Shown here: piece after piece, positions 1 to 15,219 of the stretch
Layout of the letters: every line of letters starts with the position of its first letter
Numbering within the stretch: the first letter of the stretch is position 1
Assembly: GCA_951406725.2 (NCBI GenBank)
Contig: OX597815.1
Coordinates: forward strand, 151,466,001 to 151,530,000
Direction of reading: 5' to 3'
Length of the DNA: 64,000 bases
From: Octopus vulgaris
Lineage: Eukaryota
The notes under the pieces: generated by a model
Databases searched by the model: none
Told to the model about the DNA's origin: nothing
What the model saw: the letters and a program-made list of their open reading frames with translations, nothing else
Translations under genes and position numbers: made by a program

Positions 1-610
1 GAGGCAAAGTATTTTGTATCGGTATTTACGAGGGAAGAGAGCAAATAATTTTACAATTATTTTTCTTTTGTGTGTGTGTGTGTGTCTGGGCCTGCTACTT
101 GTCATTTTTGGGGCCATTGATTTAAAACAAATTGCCGTAAAAATAGTGATAGCGAAACTTCATTTACCGATTTGGTGGATGGGGGGTTACTTATGGACGC
201 AATGTCTGCTGTTGATAAACAAAATCGGGGTGTGAATGGATGCATGTAAAAAAACATTTTGGCAGTTTTCAAAATATCTCTCAATAATTCATGGGGAAGG
301 AAAAGGGACCCAAATAATGGGGTGAGTGGAGGTATTAAACAATAGAAATTGTTTGAAAACAAACAAAAAAAAAGGTCCTTTTGAGAATCGTAATTTGTAT
401 TTTATGAAAAGGTAATCTGAAAAAAATTCTTGGCTGCGCATGTAACGAATCGTGTGTATGTGTTTGTATGTGTATATGTTTGTATATGTGCCTGTTGTCG
501 GAAGTTAGTGCGCCAAAACCGGTTGAAATATCCCGATGTGTTTTAAGCATCGTAGATTGAGATTCAATAAAATAATAATTAAAAAAAAAAAAAAGAGACA
601 AAAAAATGCA

Positions 611-642
611 ATGCATCCTCCGTCGGTTTCGATGATGAACAT
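611..642 (+). CDS. Possible upstream first coding exon of the Bcl-2-family gene (MHPPSVSMMN + AT)
   Basis: ATG at 611 and a consensus donor GTAAGT at 643. The phase-2 end (AT) joins the acceptor at 8689 (C TCC AAG ATG) in frame. The surroundings are CpG-rich, with an ETS-like CGGAAGT at 499-505. No transcript evidence. Confidence 0.35.
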
Positions 643-1081
643 GTAAGTACTTTGTATACGGCTGCATATTCCAGATACATGTAACCTTAATGTTATGTAT
701 GCCGAATCAGTGGGACATAGTGTATATGAGATAATGCCGGAAATTAGCTTTACACACCCCGTAACTGCAAAACGAACTTTCGAACCTGGATTCGATTGTA
801 GGTGTGCACGCGCGCGCGTTCACGCATCACATTGTTTATTCAGAAATGTTCAATTATGCGTGTCTTCTCTGTTGCATGATGCGGAAAAGGAGACCGTTTG
901 TAATATACAATGCACTATTACATACATAAATACATGTGTTTGTGTGTGTATGTGCTTATATATATATATACATATATACTAAGTAATTAAGGGTTTAGCA
1001 ACGATTTGCCTCACCACACACCGAATTTAGAAATAGCAGTCAAAGAGTTTTGGCTATTCTTTCTACTTTTTTTATATATAT

Positions 1082-1165
<84 letters not shown>

Positions 1166-1170
1166 CTCTA

Positions 1171-1241
<71 letters not shown>

Positions 1242-4069
1242 CGGGAAGCTAAGTTTCATTTTGTAGTAGATAAATATTCATACAGAAAAAAGATCCTGGC
1301 ATTGAAATTAAAAATCCGGGGGAATTGTGAACTGTAAGGGATTTTAAGATATGAGCCCCTTCGAATGTTGCGGAATGGAAAATCTCTAGAAGTATTGTTG
1401 GGAATGATTATACAGAAAGAAAATAGAAGGCAAAAATATAAGCTTCTCTTTAAGCTATTGTTTAATGTACAGGTCTTGTGGTATTTGATGGACACACTAA
1501 CCATGGAAAGAAGGGCAATGATGAATCATCTAAAAACCTAGCTTACCGGCTACTTAACTCTAACAAATGCAGACTGCTATTTTGTATTAGTAGCTTCCTC
1601 TCTACTGACTATACATACACACAGACACACAAGCACATAGGCGCGAGCGCACATTTATCTATAGCCACATCTTTACATGGAGTAGTTTTTAAGTAGTTCC
1701 ACAACTTTTACAAATGCTAATTACAGTACACTTACATTGTCTTCCTTTCTTTCTATTTATCTATCTCTGTATGACTTAGTAAAAATATTTTTATGAAATT
1801 AAATTTTCCTTGTAATTAGCCACAAAGCTAGCGAACTGAACCGAATAGTAGTATTACTGGTACTTACTTTGCTAGCCCCCTCCCCTGGAAAGATGGAAGG
1901 CAAAACAGACCCCGGTGGGACTGCTATGCCTGCAGTCCAACACTAATGCTACATTATTCATACTGTAGGTTCTGTTTTGCTTTTTGTGCCTCTGTTATCT
2001 CCAGATCATTCGTTGGTTTGTCACTGAGCAATGTAAAGATAATAGTTCGCTACTGTTTTTATCATTGCTTCTGTCGGTTGGCTTTCTCGTTTATTTATAG
2101 TCCTTTAAAACATCAAGTAGTCCAGTCACTTGAGATTCATTGTCGAGCTGTCAACTTCGGATCATATTTCAGCAATCTTTTCAACTATTTGCTTGTCCGT
2201 TTGGCTCGACTACACAGGTATGCATCGTGGGTTTTTATATACATATAATATGAACCTGTCTCCGTGTCGGAGCCAATCGGCTTTAGCTCTGCCCTCTATC
2301 AAGTCAGAACTACTACTGAAAACTACTAAAGGCATATATTACACATCGCCCTAAACCTAGAAGTATGCATTTGAAACTCAGTGAAATCTGTGAGAAGAAA
2401 AAACGAAAGATACCCGCCCTAACATTAAGAACAACGCACACAAATAGCAGGTTTCTCACTCTATTGGTTTATGGTGACCCACATTTCATTGAAGTCCTTC
2501 AAAAAGCGCAACGATAATAAAAAACACAAAATGAGTTCAAATTCCAGTGAAAGCGAGTAAGTTAAACACTTTCATGACAATTTTTTTTATTGTTTTACTA
2601 TGTTTCCAAACAAACAAACCCCCTTTATACTCCCATCTCTTCCAGGAGTGAACTGATAATGTGCGATGTAACTAATTAGTTATAACTGTCAGACTTCTTG
2701 TCTCGTATAGTTATAATCGTCATCACTATCATATCTCTCTGTCCTGGGGCACATAGTTACTTGCCTAAACTACGAAAGAAATGCTTCCCTTCCTCCCTTT
2801 TTTTTTTTTTGTTATCGTCGTTTGGTCCTAAGCTCTGTTGGACCAAGGACTTTCCAAATCATGACCACCCTGTTTTTTTGTATCTCTTAGGCTGTATTAT
2901 CTAATGGGAACTTCGCTCCTTAGTCGAGGTTATAATACATTGTGTATGAATCTATACTGTATAAATATTGTATGTAGATTTTAAGATATATATATATGAA
3001 TCGTGAATTTTTTTGGTATTTTTCGTTTGCTCCGAATTTTCGCTGGGCAAAATAAAGATATGGGATATGATTTGATGGAGATTTGGTTACTATCTCTATT
3101 AGCGTGGGCAACCACGTAAAAGAGCCATTGTATGTATGTATGTTTGCGTGTGTATTTGCACCTTTGTTTCTTGTTAGTCCCTGTGTTGCTATGTGTGTAT
3201 GTGTAGCTATCTGCGTCTGTGCGTAAGTGCTTGTATACCAAAGTTGATTTCGCAGTTTTTTTCCTCCCTATCTTCACACACTTTGGCCTTCGCTTTATTA
3301 ACTCTCTCTCTCTCACACACACACACGTGCCTAAACAAACAAAACAACTGCAGTTTAAATTCATTTTAAAACATTACATTAACAGGATGTTTATCTAAAT
3401 TATTAAACCTTTCGCTTGTTAACCATAATTTTCCTCTTCTCGAGCTTCCAAAAGCCCCTTAGTATATCTTTCTCTTTCTCTATATGTGTGTGTATGTAAA
3501 AATGGACATTTTCCTCAACATTGATATTTCAATGCTGGCGACAACACCAACTGCATGAATATTTTAATTGATACTCTAACATTTATATTCATATTTAAAG
3601 AGCACCACATACATATGTACACACTGACGACGCACACACATACAAAATACTACTTGGTGGTCCTCTTTGTCTATTCAAATACTAAACATACTGCGATTTT
3701 TCATTTCTTCCGTCTTCTTCTTCCATCTGATAAAACATATTTTGTTTCACTAGAAATTAGCTTTATACTTATTTACTTTTTGTTTAGTTATTTGTTTACA
3801 TCAACTGTTATTCCTTAAATAATACATGTACTGACAAGTGCAACGGACTTTTTACGGGAAAAGGCTAGCCGTAATGTATGCAGAGAAGAAACCAAGTCTG
3901 TCTAATTAATTATATAATCTAATATTTAGATTTTTTTTTTTATATGTCGACTGTGTTCAAAGTTGCATTATATTTTATTGTTTGCTCACTATTTTTCAAT
4001 CGCCATGGTTAGTTTTTGTGAACGACTTGACCATTTTGTTCGGAAGTGTCTTTACTTATGTAATATGTA

Positions 4070-4105
<36 letters not shown>

Positions 4106-5629
4106 GTGTGTGTGTATGTGTGTAATTTGTTATGAAATAGCTATGTAATATATGTTACTTGTATGCGGTAGATATAAAGCAAGTGTGGCTAATAGGGACA
4201 CGAATATGCATAGGATTTTGAAATAACGGAAACAGTTTTTACACCGATATACCAACGAAGAAGTAAGTTTACTCTCATACCAATAAATAAATATATATAT
4301 ATATATTGCTCCTACGGCAGACCACTGCCAGTCTCCCTGGTACATAGACTGTGTGTAGGTTATAAAATGTGTATGAGGGTTACACAAAGTGCATATCCCT
4401 ACATACTGTATAATTACCGTATGTTGTCAGTCTGCTATCATTAGAAGCCTAAAAAGCATAAATTGGAGTGGGGGTGTTTTAAATGGCAAAATCATTTCGA
4501 TTAAGTCATTGGGTATTGGTGGCTATTTTCGGTAGATTCGCTCTCCCCAGCGTCGGAAAGGTATTCGGATTCACCAGGTGATAGTGGTGGAGGTGGTCTT
4601 GGTAACAGCATCGTACACGCACTGTGACCGTGTGTGTGTATGTGAGTGTGTATGATTCGATATATTGCTGACAACACTAGATAAGGAACAAAATGAGGAA
4701 AGCATGATAAAAGAATATATATATATATATATTATTTCGTTGAACGTAGAGCCTAAGTTATTTCGGAAGTTTACTGCTGACTAAAATCACACACACATGT
4801 ACTCACACATACGCACATATATATGTATGTATGTGTGTGAAGGTATATTAGTTGACCGATTAGTGTTGTGATCAGTAAATCGGAATTTGCATTGAGATAA
4901 ATATCTTAAGTCTGTCTGTCTGTCTGCCTGTCTATCATTAATATAAGACAAGACACGTGTTACAGTTGCTTTATTATACATCTATAATCGATCACGTAAT
5001 ACAAGAGGTAGGGGACTGTTTTTTTACGTTTAATATGTGTTTACTTTTTTCCATTGCTTCTTCGTGCAATTGGTTTGTTTGTTTTTCTTCTTCCTCTAAA
5101 ACTTGACTAAACGTCAAATTCGTAAACTTGATAGATTTGTTATACATGAGTCATTGAACTAAAAATGATCACAAGACGATCCCATTTCTTTTCTTTTAAT
5201 CATTGTTTCTTTCTTTTTATTTTCAAACCTTTTCCACCCTCGTCAGTCGCTCTCTTGTCTGGTCAGTTTGTCGTTATTCAATTCAACAATCGTAGCTTTA
5301 TTGTTTTCAGAAATTTTAGTACTTATTTACTGACAGACAGTGGCTTTTGTGACAGTCACTATTATGTGACACAAGTCCTCGTCGAACCCAGTGAGGAACC
5401 CGATTTCGATTCCTAGTAAAAACAAAAACCTCCGTGATTCCTGTATGCTTCTTAATGTTCTTAAGAGAAAGTATAAAACGCCATAATTTGCCATTTCTCT
5501 GTCCTACATCGAGATGTTTATATATCTATGTTAGAAAACAGTTCGCCCATAATGCTTTTGAAGAGACAAAGAGCTGGAAATAACAAAACACTCACACATA
5601 TGTACACACACACATACACACATCTCTCT

Positions 5630-5847
<218 letters not shown>

Positions 5848-5990
5848 AGGTATGTAGAAAAATACAACATGGACAAGACCGTATAACTCTTAGAAGACGA
5901 CACAATAAACACGGACAGGACATTCGAAACCCTCAGTCTTCAGTCAAGAACCGGATCATCGTAGTAATTTCGGCTGATTAATATATATAT

Positions 5991-6141
<151 letters not shown>

Positions 6142-8272
6142 CATATATATATATGAAGAGTAACACTTATACACGGCGACTAAAACAATAACTGTGTATG
6201 TGGGGTAACGAAATAATTCAGCCTACTCCACCACAATTAGAAATAGAGTGTCGTGTCTTGTTTCAACACCGATATTGAGTACATCATCTACAGGATCATT
6301 TGTCTGACATCTGAAGATGGTTTGGTAGGGTTTCGTTTTCTGAAATCTGAGTTAGAAACTTTTCCCATAAACCATTAACTCAATGGGAGTAAAACTGAAG
6401 GGTTGATTTCCTTTTGTTTCCTTTTTCTTTCACATTGTAACTCGAAAAGGAGGGGAAATTGTCGCGATCTCCTCAGCTGGGGAAGCCATTGAAGTTGGGA
6501 GTCAACGCGAAAAAAATGTGGGCAAGAAGAGTGCTGTTGAGTTTTGCCCCTTACGGGAACAAAGGTTAATTTGGAAGTGAATCAGATGGTCCTGTACGCA
6601 GTCTGCTAGTTCAACAAAGCAGTAACAACGAGATGAGGAGGATATTACTGGACAAAAGTGGGTTAGTGGTAATATATCTTACCAACCAGTTGGGTAACTT
6701 TCCTTCTGTTTTTGATGTCAAGTCTGCTTAGCAACGATCACTTCCATTTATATAGGAATGACATTTATATAGGAAGTACACATGTACCTTACAAAGGGTA
6801 AGGAGCCGTTGCTTGCTGTGAGTATAAAACATGGCCCAGTCTTTGAGATGCAATTCTGGCATTCTTATAATCGCTATACATTGGTCTTCATGGGTAATTA
6901 TAAGGCCTGGTATTTGTAAATTGTGTAAAGGTCTTTGTTGTGAGATCTCTATGAACAGAGACGATGGAATATTTTGTCTGTAGATAAATTACTGGACTAT
7001 CGACTCCTAAACATTGATTTTAGATCCATTCTGGCTATTGGGCCATCTAGGGATTGAAAGATCTTGGGATTGTTACATAACAGTAACAAAATAAATGATA
7101 GATCAGTTACAATCCAAGAATTTGTTATTATTAAGTGAGCCTATGGCACTGAAGTAGTCTAAAATTTGATACTGAGTAACTCAGTGTTACCCAGCTCTGA
7201 GAGCAAGTCAAGGGTTCTTCATAAAAAATGAGTTTGTTCATAACTTTTGATACTGGTTCTATGATGCAAAAACTGTTTGTCTCAAAATGTTTACATATAA
7301 GTTTAAGCCTTCTATCACAATTTTTTGTAAGGATCTTTTATTGAGATATCTTCCAAACACCAACTTAATAATAAAGAAGTTATTTTATGAAACCTTAGAG
7401 ACTTGGTTTGAGTGCATGCAACAAAACTAGTGACCACCAGAGACACACAAGGTCCAGGTGGGGTGGGGGTTTAAATTAAACAATAGATTAAGTGTACCAC
7501 TCTAGAATAGGGTCAACCCTGATCAAGCAGATTTATGTCATCAAAGGCATTCCAGCCATGACCAACCCAATATTTTGTGTATCAAGGATGACAACATCTC
7601 ATATATCCTTTGTTTAAAATGATTAAATGTGATTTGAGGGAGATTTAGTTGGTATTTGTTGCAGATCAAGTGACCATGTCACCTCTTGTTGGTTCATACT
7701 TAAGAAAATAAGGTGTGGTTTAAGAAAGATTTGGCTTGTATTTCTTCCTGGTCAAGCAACTAGTTAGAGACTTCATAGTTGGCTCATACTTAGATAAAAC
7801 AGTAGGGTGTCATTTGAGAGAGATTTGGTTGCACTCTGTAGCAAGTTGATCAATTGTGTACAAGTTGCCAGTAACAATCATTGCATGTTACCTCTATTGT
7901 GTAACTTTGACTGTTGGCAGCTGTAATCATGAAGTCATGATAAGTACATGGAAACTATACCAGTGTATATTTATATATTTCAAACTTGCTATTAGAATAT
8001 GATTGTCCATTAATTGCAATGACTGGAATGTAGTTTATAAAAATAACATAGTAAAAGAAAAATTAAGTTAATCTCTGATTAATTATAGCTATACTAGAAT
8101 TTAATAGGTGAAAACAGGCAGTTTTTGCAGGCCCTCTAAGACTGGCGAGGGCAACATAGTTGATTTTCTTGAACAACAGCAGAAAAAACATGAACAAGGA
8201 TGGTAATTCCAAAAGTATGATATTCTATGGAGAAAAGATTTAGTTTTGTCATTAATGAAGGTGGTGTGTAGA

Positions 8273-8548
8273 CAGTGACAGACTGGATCTAAAAATATTG
8301 GTTGCCAGGAGACTACTAAGGTGGCCCACCCGCAACTACAATGCTATCATTTATTTTTATTTTATTTTATTTTTTTGTTAAAAGTATTCTTTTCAACTGT
8401 CTACAAACACAGCCAAGCTGAAATAATCAATGCATTCTTCCAGGAGTGAATAAAAAATTATCAAACTTGAGGGGATGGGCCCCTGTATATGGATTCTAAT
8501 GGCTCAGGGTCCCACTTGTCATCTGGCAACCTGGCCAGTCCGCCACTG
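8273..8548. mobile_element. hAT-like MITE
   Basis: TIRs CAGTGACAGACTGG and CCAGTCCGCCACTG. 8-bp flanks TGTGTAGA and TGTGTCGA (7/8 match). Confidence 0.7.
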
Positions 8549-8696
8549 TGTGTCGATACTATTTTAGTGAGTAAAGGAATGGAGCCATAACTGTTTTGTA
8601 CATTTAAAAAATCTAAATATGGATGTAATTTATTAACTTACTAGCTTATATGTTGATTTTCACAGTTGTTTCATTTTCTTTTTCTATAGCTCCAAG

Positions 8697-9558
8697 ATGG
8701 TTGGGAAAAGGCGTAGGCAGTCAACCATTCCTATGGTTAAACAAGAGGCTAATGCTATCTTGGAAGAGTTCTTGATGAGGCATCAGGAAAGCCTCACATC
8801 TATTACTCCTATGAACTCAGTTTACCAAAAAGTTTCAGAACTCGAAGTGTTTGAAGAGAAACCAAATTTCAAGCGCCGAGCCAGTTACAGAAAAGCATCA
8901 CATGAATCCATTCTAAGTGATGACAGTTTCCATTCAATGACAAAAACTGAAATTACTTATGAAAATACTGCTCCTCTTGCAAGCGATGAGGAATGTAGTT
9001 CGAGTATTGAGTCACCATCATCAGCTCCTGGCTTTCTTTGTAATTCTTCTAAACTTCGGCATTCTTCGAGTAATTCGTCGTCGTCTAGCTCTGATAATGA
9101 TTCAAGAGTACGTCGTAAAAAGAGCCTGTTTAAACGGGCAAAAGAACGACTGAGAATGTCGTTTAACATATCGAGAAAGTTTAAAAAAATTCAAGCCGAA
9201 AAGGAAGCGAACAATGACAATGTTTTTATAAAGAAGAAAGATAAGAAAAAGAAGAAGAAGGTCAAGACAAAAGATAAAGTACTGAAAGAAGTGACAACCT
9301 ATACAAGGACGCACATTCGTCAATCGTCTACAATATCAGATATTCCTTGCCAAAAAACTGAGATTACCCTTCGTGAAGGGGAAATCTGGGAGTCAAAGAA
9401 AATAAAAGAGAAGAATGGTGAGTCACGTCATATTGAATCTCATCTTAGCATTAAGGAAAGTTCAGACAATTCAGGTTCTAAAGGACTGCCATCATCTCTT
9501 AACAAATTAAAATCACTTCACAGAAATGGGAAGAAAACCCTCTCTCTTGGGAGAAAAG
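8697..9558 (+). CDS. Bcl-2-family protein (Bcl-G/Bcl2L12/Bfk-like), large N-terminal coding exon
   Basis: 287-codon non-repetitive ORF. Acceptor TTTTCTTTTTCTATAG ends at 8689, donor AG|GTTAGT at 9559, phase 1. VKQEANAILEEFLMRH resembles a BH4/alpha1 helix and is followed by Ser-rich and Lys-rich low-complexity sequence. Confidence 0.85.
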
Positions 9559-12500
9559 GTTAGTTTTATTTTATTATCTCACTTTTATCAATTATAGATA
9601 TATTTTATATAAATCTGTTTCTTTAATCATGACGAGTTCTGAAGAAATGGCCTGTGTCCAAGGCCTTCATAGGCTTCCCATAACCCCTGACATGTATGCA
9701 GTACTTGAACAATTGTAACTCCTCCCCTCCTTGTCTGCAGGAAGAACATGGGTGAGGAAAATATTTTAGAGTGGTGGCATTCTGGGTGGAGTATAGACAC
9801 AGTGTGGATGATGATAAGAGAAGATCAGATGAAACCAAAACTTGTATTCTTATTTATAGTTCTTTTTTTTTTCCATGTAAATATTTGTTACCAAACCCTG
9901 AAAAGTTTAAATGAAAACTTGCAAAATAAGAAGTTGGAGCTAATTTGTTGCACTTCTGAATAAGAAATGTCTGATTTTCTCAGTAAAAAAGTATGTTTTA
10001 AGTGCTGTACATATGTATCTATTTCTCCAATATGTATATTGAGAAAAAATGTACATATTGGTGAGACAACTGATAAACCTGTGCTTTCAAACAAAAATAC
10101 CTTGTGTTTATTTCAACTGAGTTGCACTGTCACTCCTGATATCAGATTAGCCTGTTAAAATATTACCAATGATGCTATCTACTGTTTACAAATTGCGTGA
10201 TATAAAACTATAAGTCATAGTGGCAGTTTACAGAATATGTTGTGCTTGGTTACATAAAAATGTGTTTGTTTTCTGTTTAAATCAACACCATTTCTTTTAT
10301 TTGGTCATTGATACTTTACAGATTTGTGATTTAGTTGATAAATATTATGTATGAAAATATATTTTGTCATATTAAATCCTAAATTTAATGAGAAACTCTG
10401 TGTTCCTAATTGTTTTCCATTTTGCTCTAAATTTACCTAAACTTTAGAAAATAGAACCGAAATTGTAATTATTCAGTTTGTAGGCAGTTTTGCCTCCATT
10501 AAATTTTGAGTTTAAATTCAAAATTCTTTTACAATAATGACTAAATGTTTTTCACATATAACATTTATTTATTTACCAATTCCAAAATCCAATGATGTAA
10601 AAATATCTTAAATTGAAGGAAGCAGATTTGGGATTTAACCTAAGATTATTTTAGCCATATAATGTTTTCATATTTGAAGTTAAAAATTTTAGCACATCCT
10701 TTAAATTCATTGACAGAATCTATGCTTATCAATAACTATTTCTATTAACAAGCTTACGAAAAAAAATGTTTATGGAAATGCTGTATATTGTTTAACAAAG
10801 TTTGATGTCTATTTGTAACATTGTCAAAGACCGTATTTATTATTACGTTACTTGTAATTATAAAATGCACTATTCATATAAATACTATAATTAATTCTTA
10901 ATGATCTTTACTTTTACCAAATTCACAAAATTTGGAAGCATTTGTTTTTTGTCACTTGAGTAAATGAAATATGTCTTCATTAGAAATAAAATAAACAATC
11001 CTAATTGAGCATTTCTCTAAATTTTGTAAATATGGTCTTCTTGTTTCTGTTCCCCAGTAACCATTTTTCACGTGTTTTGGTTATAATATGCAGTGTGTAT
11101 ATGTATATATATATATATATATATATGTATATGTATATATAGACATATTTGTGTTTGTGCGTATATTAATGTATGTATGTATGTATATCTTATATATGTA
11201 TATACATACACACACCCTGTAAAGTAGTGTCATTTCTTAGATTGAGATTTAACTGCACAAAAATTATTGTTGTTACACACAAATCACCTTGTTGGAATGT
11301 GACTGGAAATACATAGTGCTACAAAAAAAAAAAAAAGAAAACATCTTCTGGAACCAATGTTAGGGATTAGTCCACATTACTCCGTAAGGAGCATAGGGCC
11401 AGTTTCCCAGTTTCTCATTATAATATATTCCTTGAATAATATTATAAATCTATTTAAATCATCTAAGGATAGTGGAGGGATTACTGTAATGGCATAATAG
11501 TAACTTTTGTCTTGTTTTCCTTTATAAATACAACACTTCCCACAAACACTTTACATAGACCCATTTGTAAGCGGTCAAAGTTAGCTGTCCTTCATAAACA
11601 CAAGACTGTTTGAGCCAGTGAAAGAATTTCTTCAAAGTGGCTCAACATACCGGAATAGCAACCAAATGTCCCTTATTACACCTTACCCACCATCTTTAAA
11701 ATAAGAAATGTAAAAACACATTGCAGAACAATGTAGTCTTAGACATTCAAAAAAAAAAGGAATGCTCATGGCTGGAATGCCTTTGCTCATTGGTTTGTTC
11801 AGTCAGGGTTGACTTGATGCTAAATGGCAATAAAGACTACTGCAACTATTGTTATGTCTGGCTTCATTACCACCAATACTATTGAGTCAACATATAACCT
11901 TCAGCACGGCTAGAAATAACTGTCAAATCTCTGAATTTCTGTCAGCCAAATCACACCTACAAAATCAGAAGAATAAAAAATTATTGGATGATTGTGATTA
12001 GAAATACTGATTATTCATCTGTCCAATCAGGTCAGAATTTGGAACAAACAGCAGCAGTAACAACATTAAAGCATATTTTATCTCCAGTTACTCCGTGGTT
12101 GAAATTCCAATCCATCAATAATAAATGCTGTGTAAACTTTTACACAGTCATTTAAATAATTTATTCACAATTCATGACACCTGTTTGTTTTTTTTAATTT
12201 AGACACTTAACTATGTTCGTAAAATGTCAGCCAATTTAAAGGAAGAGTCAAAGAGAATCATAGGTCAAGTTTTTGACTGTCATTCAATAATTATTTTAAA
12301 GAGTAGTTTTCAATAAATCATGAAACTTAATTCATTTACAGTAGTCCTGCTTCTGTTAAATTACTTTGGAATAAATATTTTAATCTACTTTTTCACATAC
12401 AAAAATATCTGTGACAAAATTCCTGTTTCATCTTAGTTCTATAGTACCACTCCTATTTTTGAAACAGGGCAGTACTGTATGTAGTATATGCATTTCTCTA

Positions 12501-13174
12501 ACCCCAACAAGGTGCAGTTTTGATACACAGCAACACTGATCTGACACTTGGGCATTATGTGTAAAGTATGTTGTTAGATCTGACGTGTTTCTGGCTGGCT
12601 GGCTGGGTAGATGAATGGGATGGATAACCTTTACAAAGTATATCAGATTAAAGAGAACCAGGCACATTAAAACATTCTATGTGCTAAAAATGACATTACA
12701 AATAGGATGCCCTTATATAAATATTTATATTTGTCTGCGTGTGTGTATATAAGCATATGTGTATGCGTTTCATGTTTAAATTCAGAAAGTAATTATTCTA
12801 TATTATAAATGATAATGAGAATATTGATATAACTTATCCATTTAATCAAGAAAATAAATTGGATGCATTCCTATGCTACCTGTTGTATTAGCTATATTAC
12901 TGTGCTACCTGTTGCATTAATATATCAAAAGAGGCCTAAATAATAAGCACAAGCACACATGCTTCTTTTTTTTCAAATGAAATTTATTCTATTGACATGC
13001 AAGATTTTGACAAACATGTTTACACATATGCATTTATAATGTTATATACTCTTTCACTACTAAATTCTCTGCATTGAACATCTAACAATTAAATGAAAAA
13101 GCTCAACCACTAGTACTACTACAACAACAACAACTACCACTATTACTACCACCATATTTTTATTGATTGAACAG

Positions 13175-13564
13175 AAAGCACTGAGCAGAGGAATATTGTT
13201 CAAAACATCCATCACCGAACAGCATCTGAAGGCAATGATAAAGCTATACACGTAATCAAAGAAGAAAGTAAAGATAATAAAGATAGCACTACAACAAATG
13301 TTCTCAATGAGATTATAGCATTAGACAATGACGCTGAGAATGACTATCCACTTATTGAGACTTCAGCTCCACGAAACAATTTGCATCTGAACATTAATCC
13401 AGTTTTTACCAGTGAGCTTCCAGATCGAGGAAATTTTGAATTTAAGGCTGAACACGTAGAGAAAGTAACAACTGTTTGTACACCAGATGGTCTGACTCAA
13501 CGCAGATCATCTGTTGAGCATTATGAGCATCTCAGTGACTGTGATAATACTGAAGTTAATAATG
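13175..13564 (+). CDS. Bcl-2-family gene, internal exon (ESTEQRNIVQ...DNTEVNN)
   Basis: Acceptor ...TTGAACAG at 13174, donor G|GTAAGT at 13565. 390 nt, phase 1-1, open throughout and in frame with the flanking exons. Confidence 0.8.
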
Positions 13565-14270
13565 GTAAGTTATCGTCCAGGAAGTATTTCAAGCTAAAAT
13601 TTTCTTTATCGAAAATCATTGGAAGCTTACAAACTTTCCATATTAAAAAAAAAAAAAAATAGAAAAAGAAAAAAAAGCGTCTTGCTTACAAGTACTACAA
13701 GAGCATGATGACCTCTTTAAAGATTGTTCTTTCAGGGCTTACAGTTAGTTAAGTGAAAATAATAACACAATATATATATATGTCTTAATTTTTACTTTCT
13801 TTTAAATTTAATTCTTAACTGCTAAACATTACATAGATCATAACAAAGGCCATATAAATAAATGTAAGCCTCTATTATGACCTATGGAAATGGAATACTA
13901 AAAATTCTCTGCTTCTTGCTTGATTTCAACTTATTATCATTTTAATATTTAAGTTTCTCATACTTTGCATGAATATATTTGTATCTGTATGTATGTATGT
14001 ATATATATATGTATGTATGTATATATATATATATGTATATATATATGTAGATATGCATACATATTTTGTATTCTCTTACTGCTCTGTCTAATGTACTTTT
14101 TTGGAAAACTGTTGAAATATTTTTGATACTGTTGGGTTATTTAAAAGCACATGCACACTTGCAATTCCTCACTACAACACATATTTATGATCTGTTATGA
14201 ATTATGCAGCATGCATGTGTATATAGATGTATATATACATATGCTTTTGAATAAACTCTGAACTAATCTC

Positions 14271-14494
14271 TTACCCCTTTAGCATTGATTACTCTGTCAA
14301 TATGTAATGCTTATTTATTCACAATATTTTGGATTAATCATGCATTAATCTTGTAGCTTCAAACTTCCAATGATGTGATTATTTTTAGAATGACATTGTA
14401 AGGTAGGTTTGAGAGGCCAGATCTAGCCAATTTGAAAAGAAAATAGGTAAAATGTTTGGCCCTGATATGACAAGTTTAAATGCTAAAGGGTCAA
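14271..14494. mobile_element. piggyBac-like MITE (related copy at about 56430-56632 in the opposite orientation)
   Basis: CCCTTTAGCATT and AATGCTAAAGGG termini. The internal sequence is shared with 56430-56632. Confidence 0.6.
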
Positions 14495-15219
14495 ATCAGT
14501 AAAAATAAAACATTTTTAAAATATCAAAATTAAGTGAACCCTATGTGTCTTGTTCACGCAATTGCTTTATCAAACCCTAGCTTGTCCCACATACTATGGG
14601 CCTGGCTATCTCTGAAAACACTAGTTCAGATTAAATGACTTGATAGTATCATGAATATTTCTACATCTCAGCTTCTGTTTCTGTGTCTTTCTCAAACTAA
14701 AATAATGTATTTTATGTACTCACTCATCACTCATTGCCTTCATCAGTACTACGCAACTGGTAAATGGGTTTTTTTTATTCTTATAGTTAAGCTATTTATA
14801 TTTTTTGTTGCACCTCTCATATATGTTGTCGTTGTCTTTATTAACTTACTAGTTTATTGGCAAGTAATATATAAAGGTGGTGGTTTGACACAACCATGTA
14901 CAATCACAAAGGACAAAATGTTTTGAATGCTTTGCAGTATTTAGTCACAAAATTTTATGTTCTTATTTTGAGTACTTTTCAGTTTGAGTTTGTCTTTTGT
15001 CCTTCTGGGTTTAATGAAGTTAATGAACACACTAAATTGACTGTAAGGACTTTTGCGTTTTGTTTAAAATCAGTGAAGAAATAAAGTCCAACTTTCTATG
15101 AATGAAGTCTATGAGTTGATTTTAATCCCAAAGTAATGGTGAATAAATTCCATATGTCATTGTTCTCAGAGAAAGGCATGAACATCACACAATCATTTTT
15201 TTCTTTATTATATTGACAG

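Noticed and set aside
6230-7090. GC-richer block that may be a decayed LINE
   Set aside because: No diagnostic motif could be read with confidence, so it is left unannotated.
9741-9845. Possible extra exon (…YRHSVDDDKRRSDETKT)
   Set aside because: The best acceptor (9740) gives an in-frame stop, the alternative acceptor and donor are weak, and the gene model closes without it.
12203-12263. Possible exon TLNYVRKMSANLKEESKRII after a good acceptor
   Set aside because: It is open only in phase 0, while the upstream exon ends in phase 1 (giving GAC ACT TAA). The donor is also weak.
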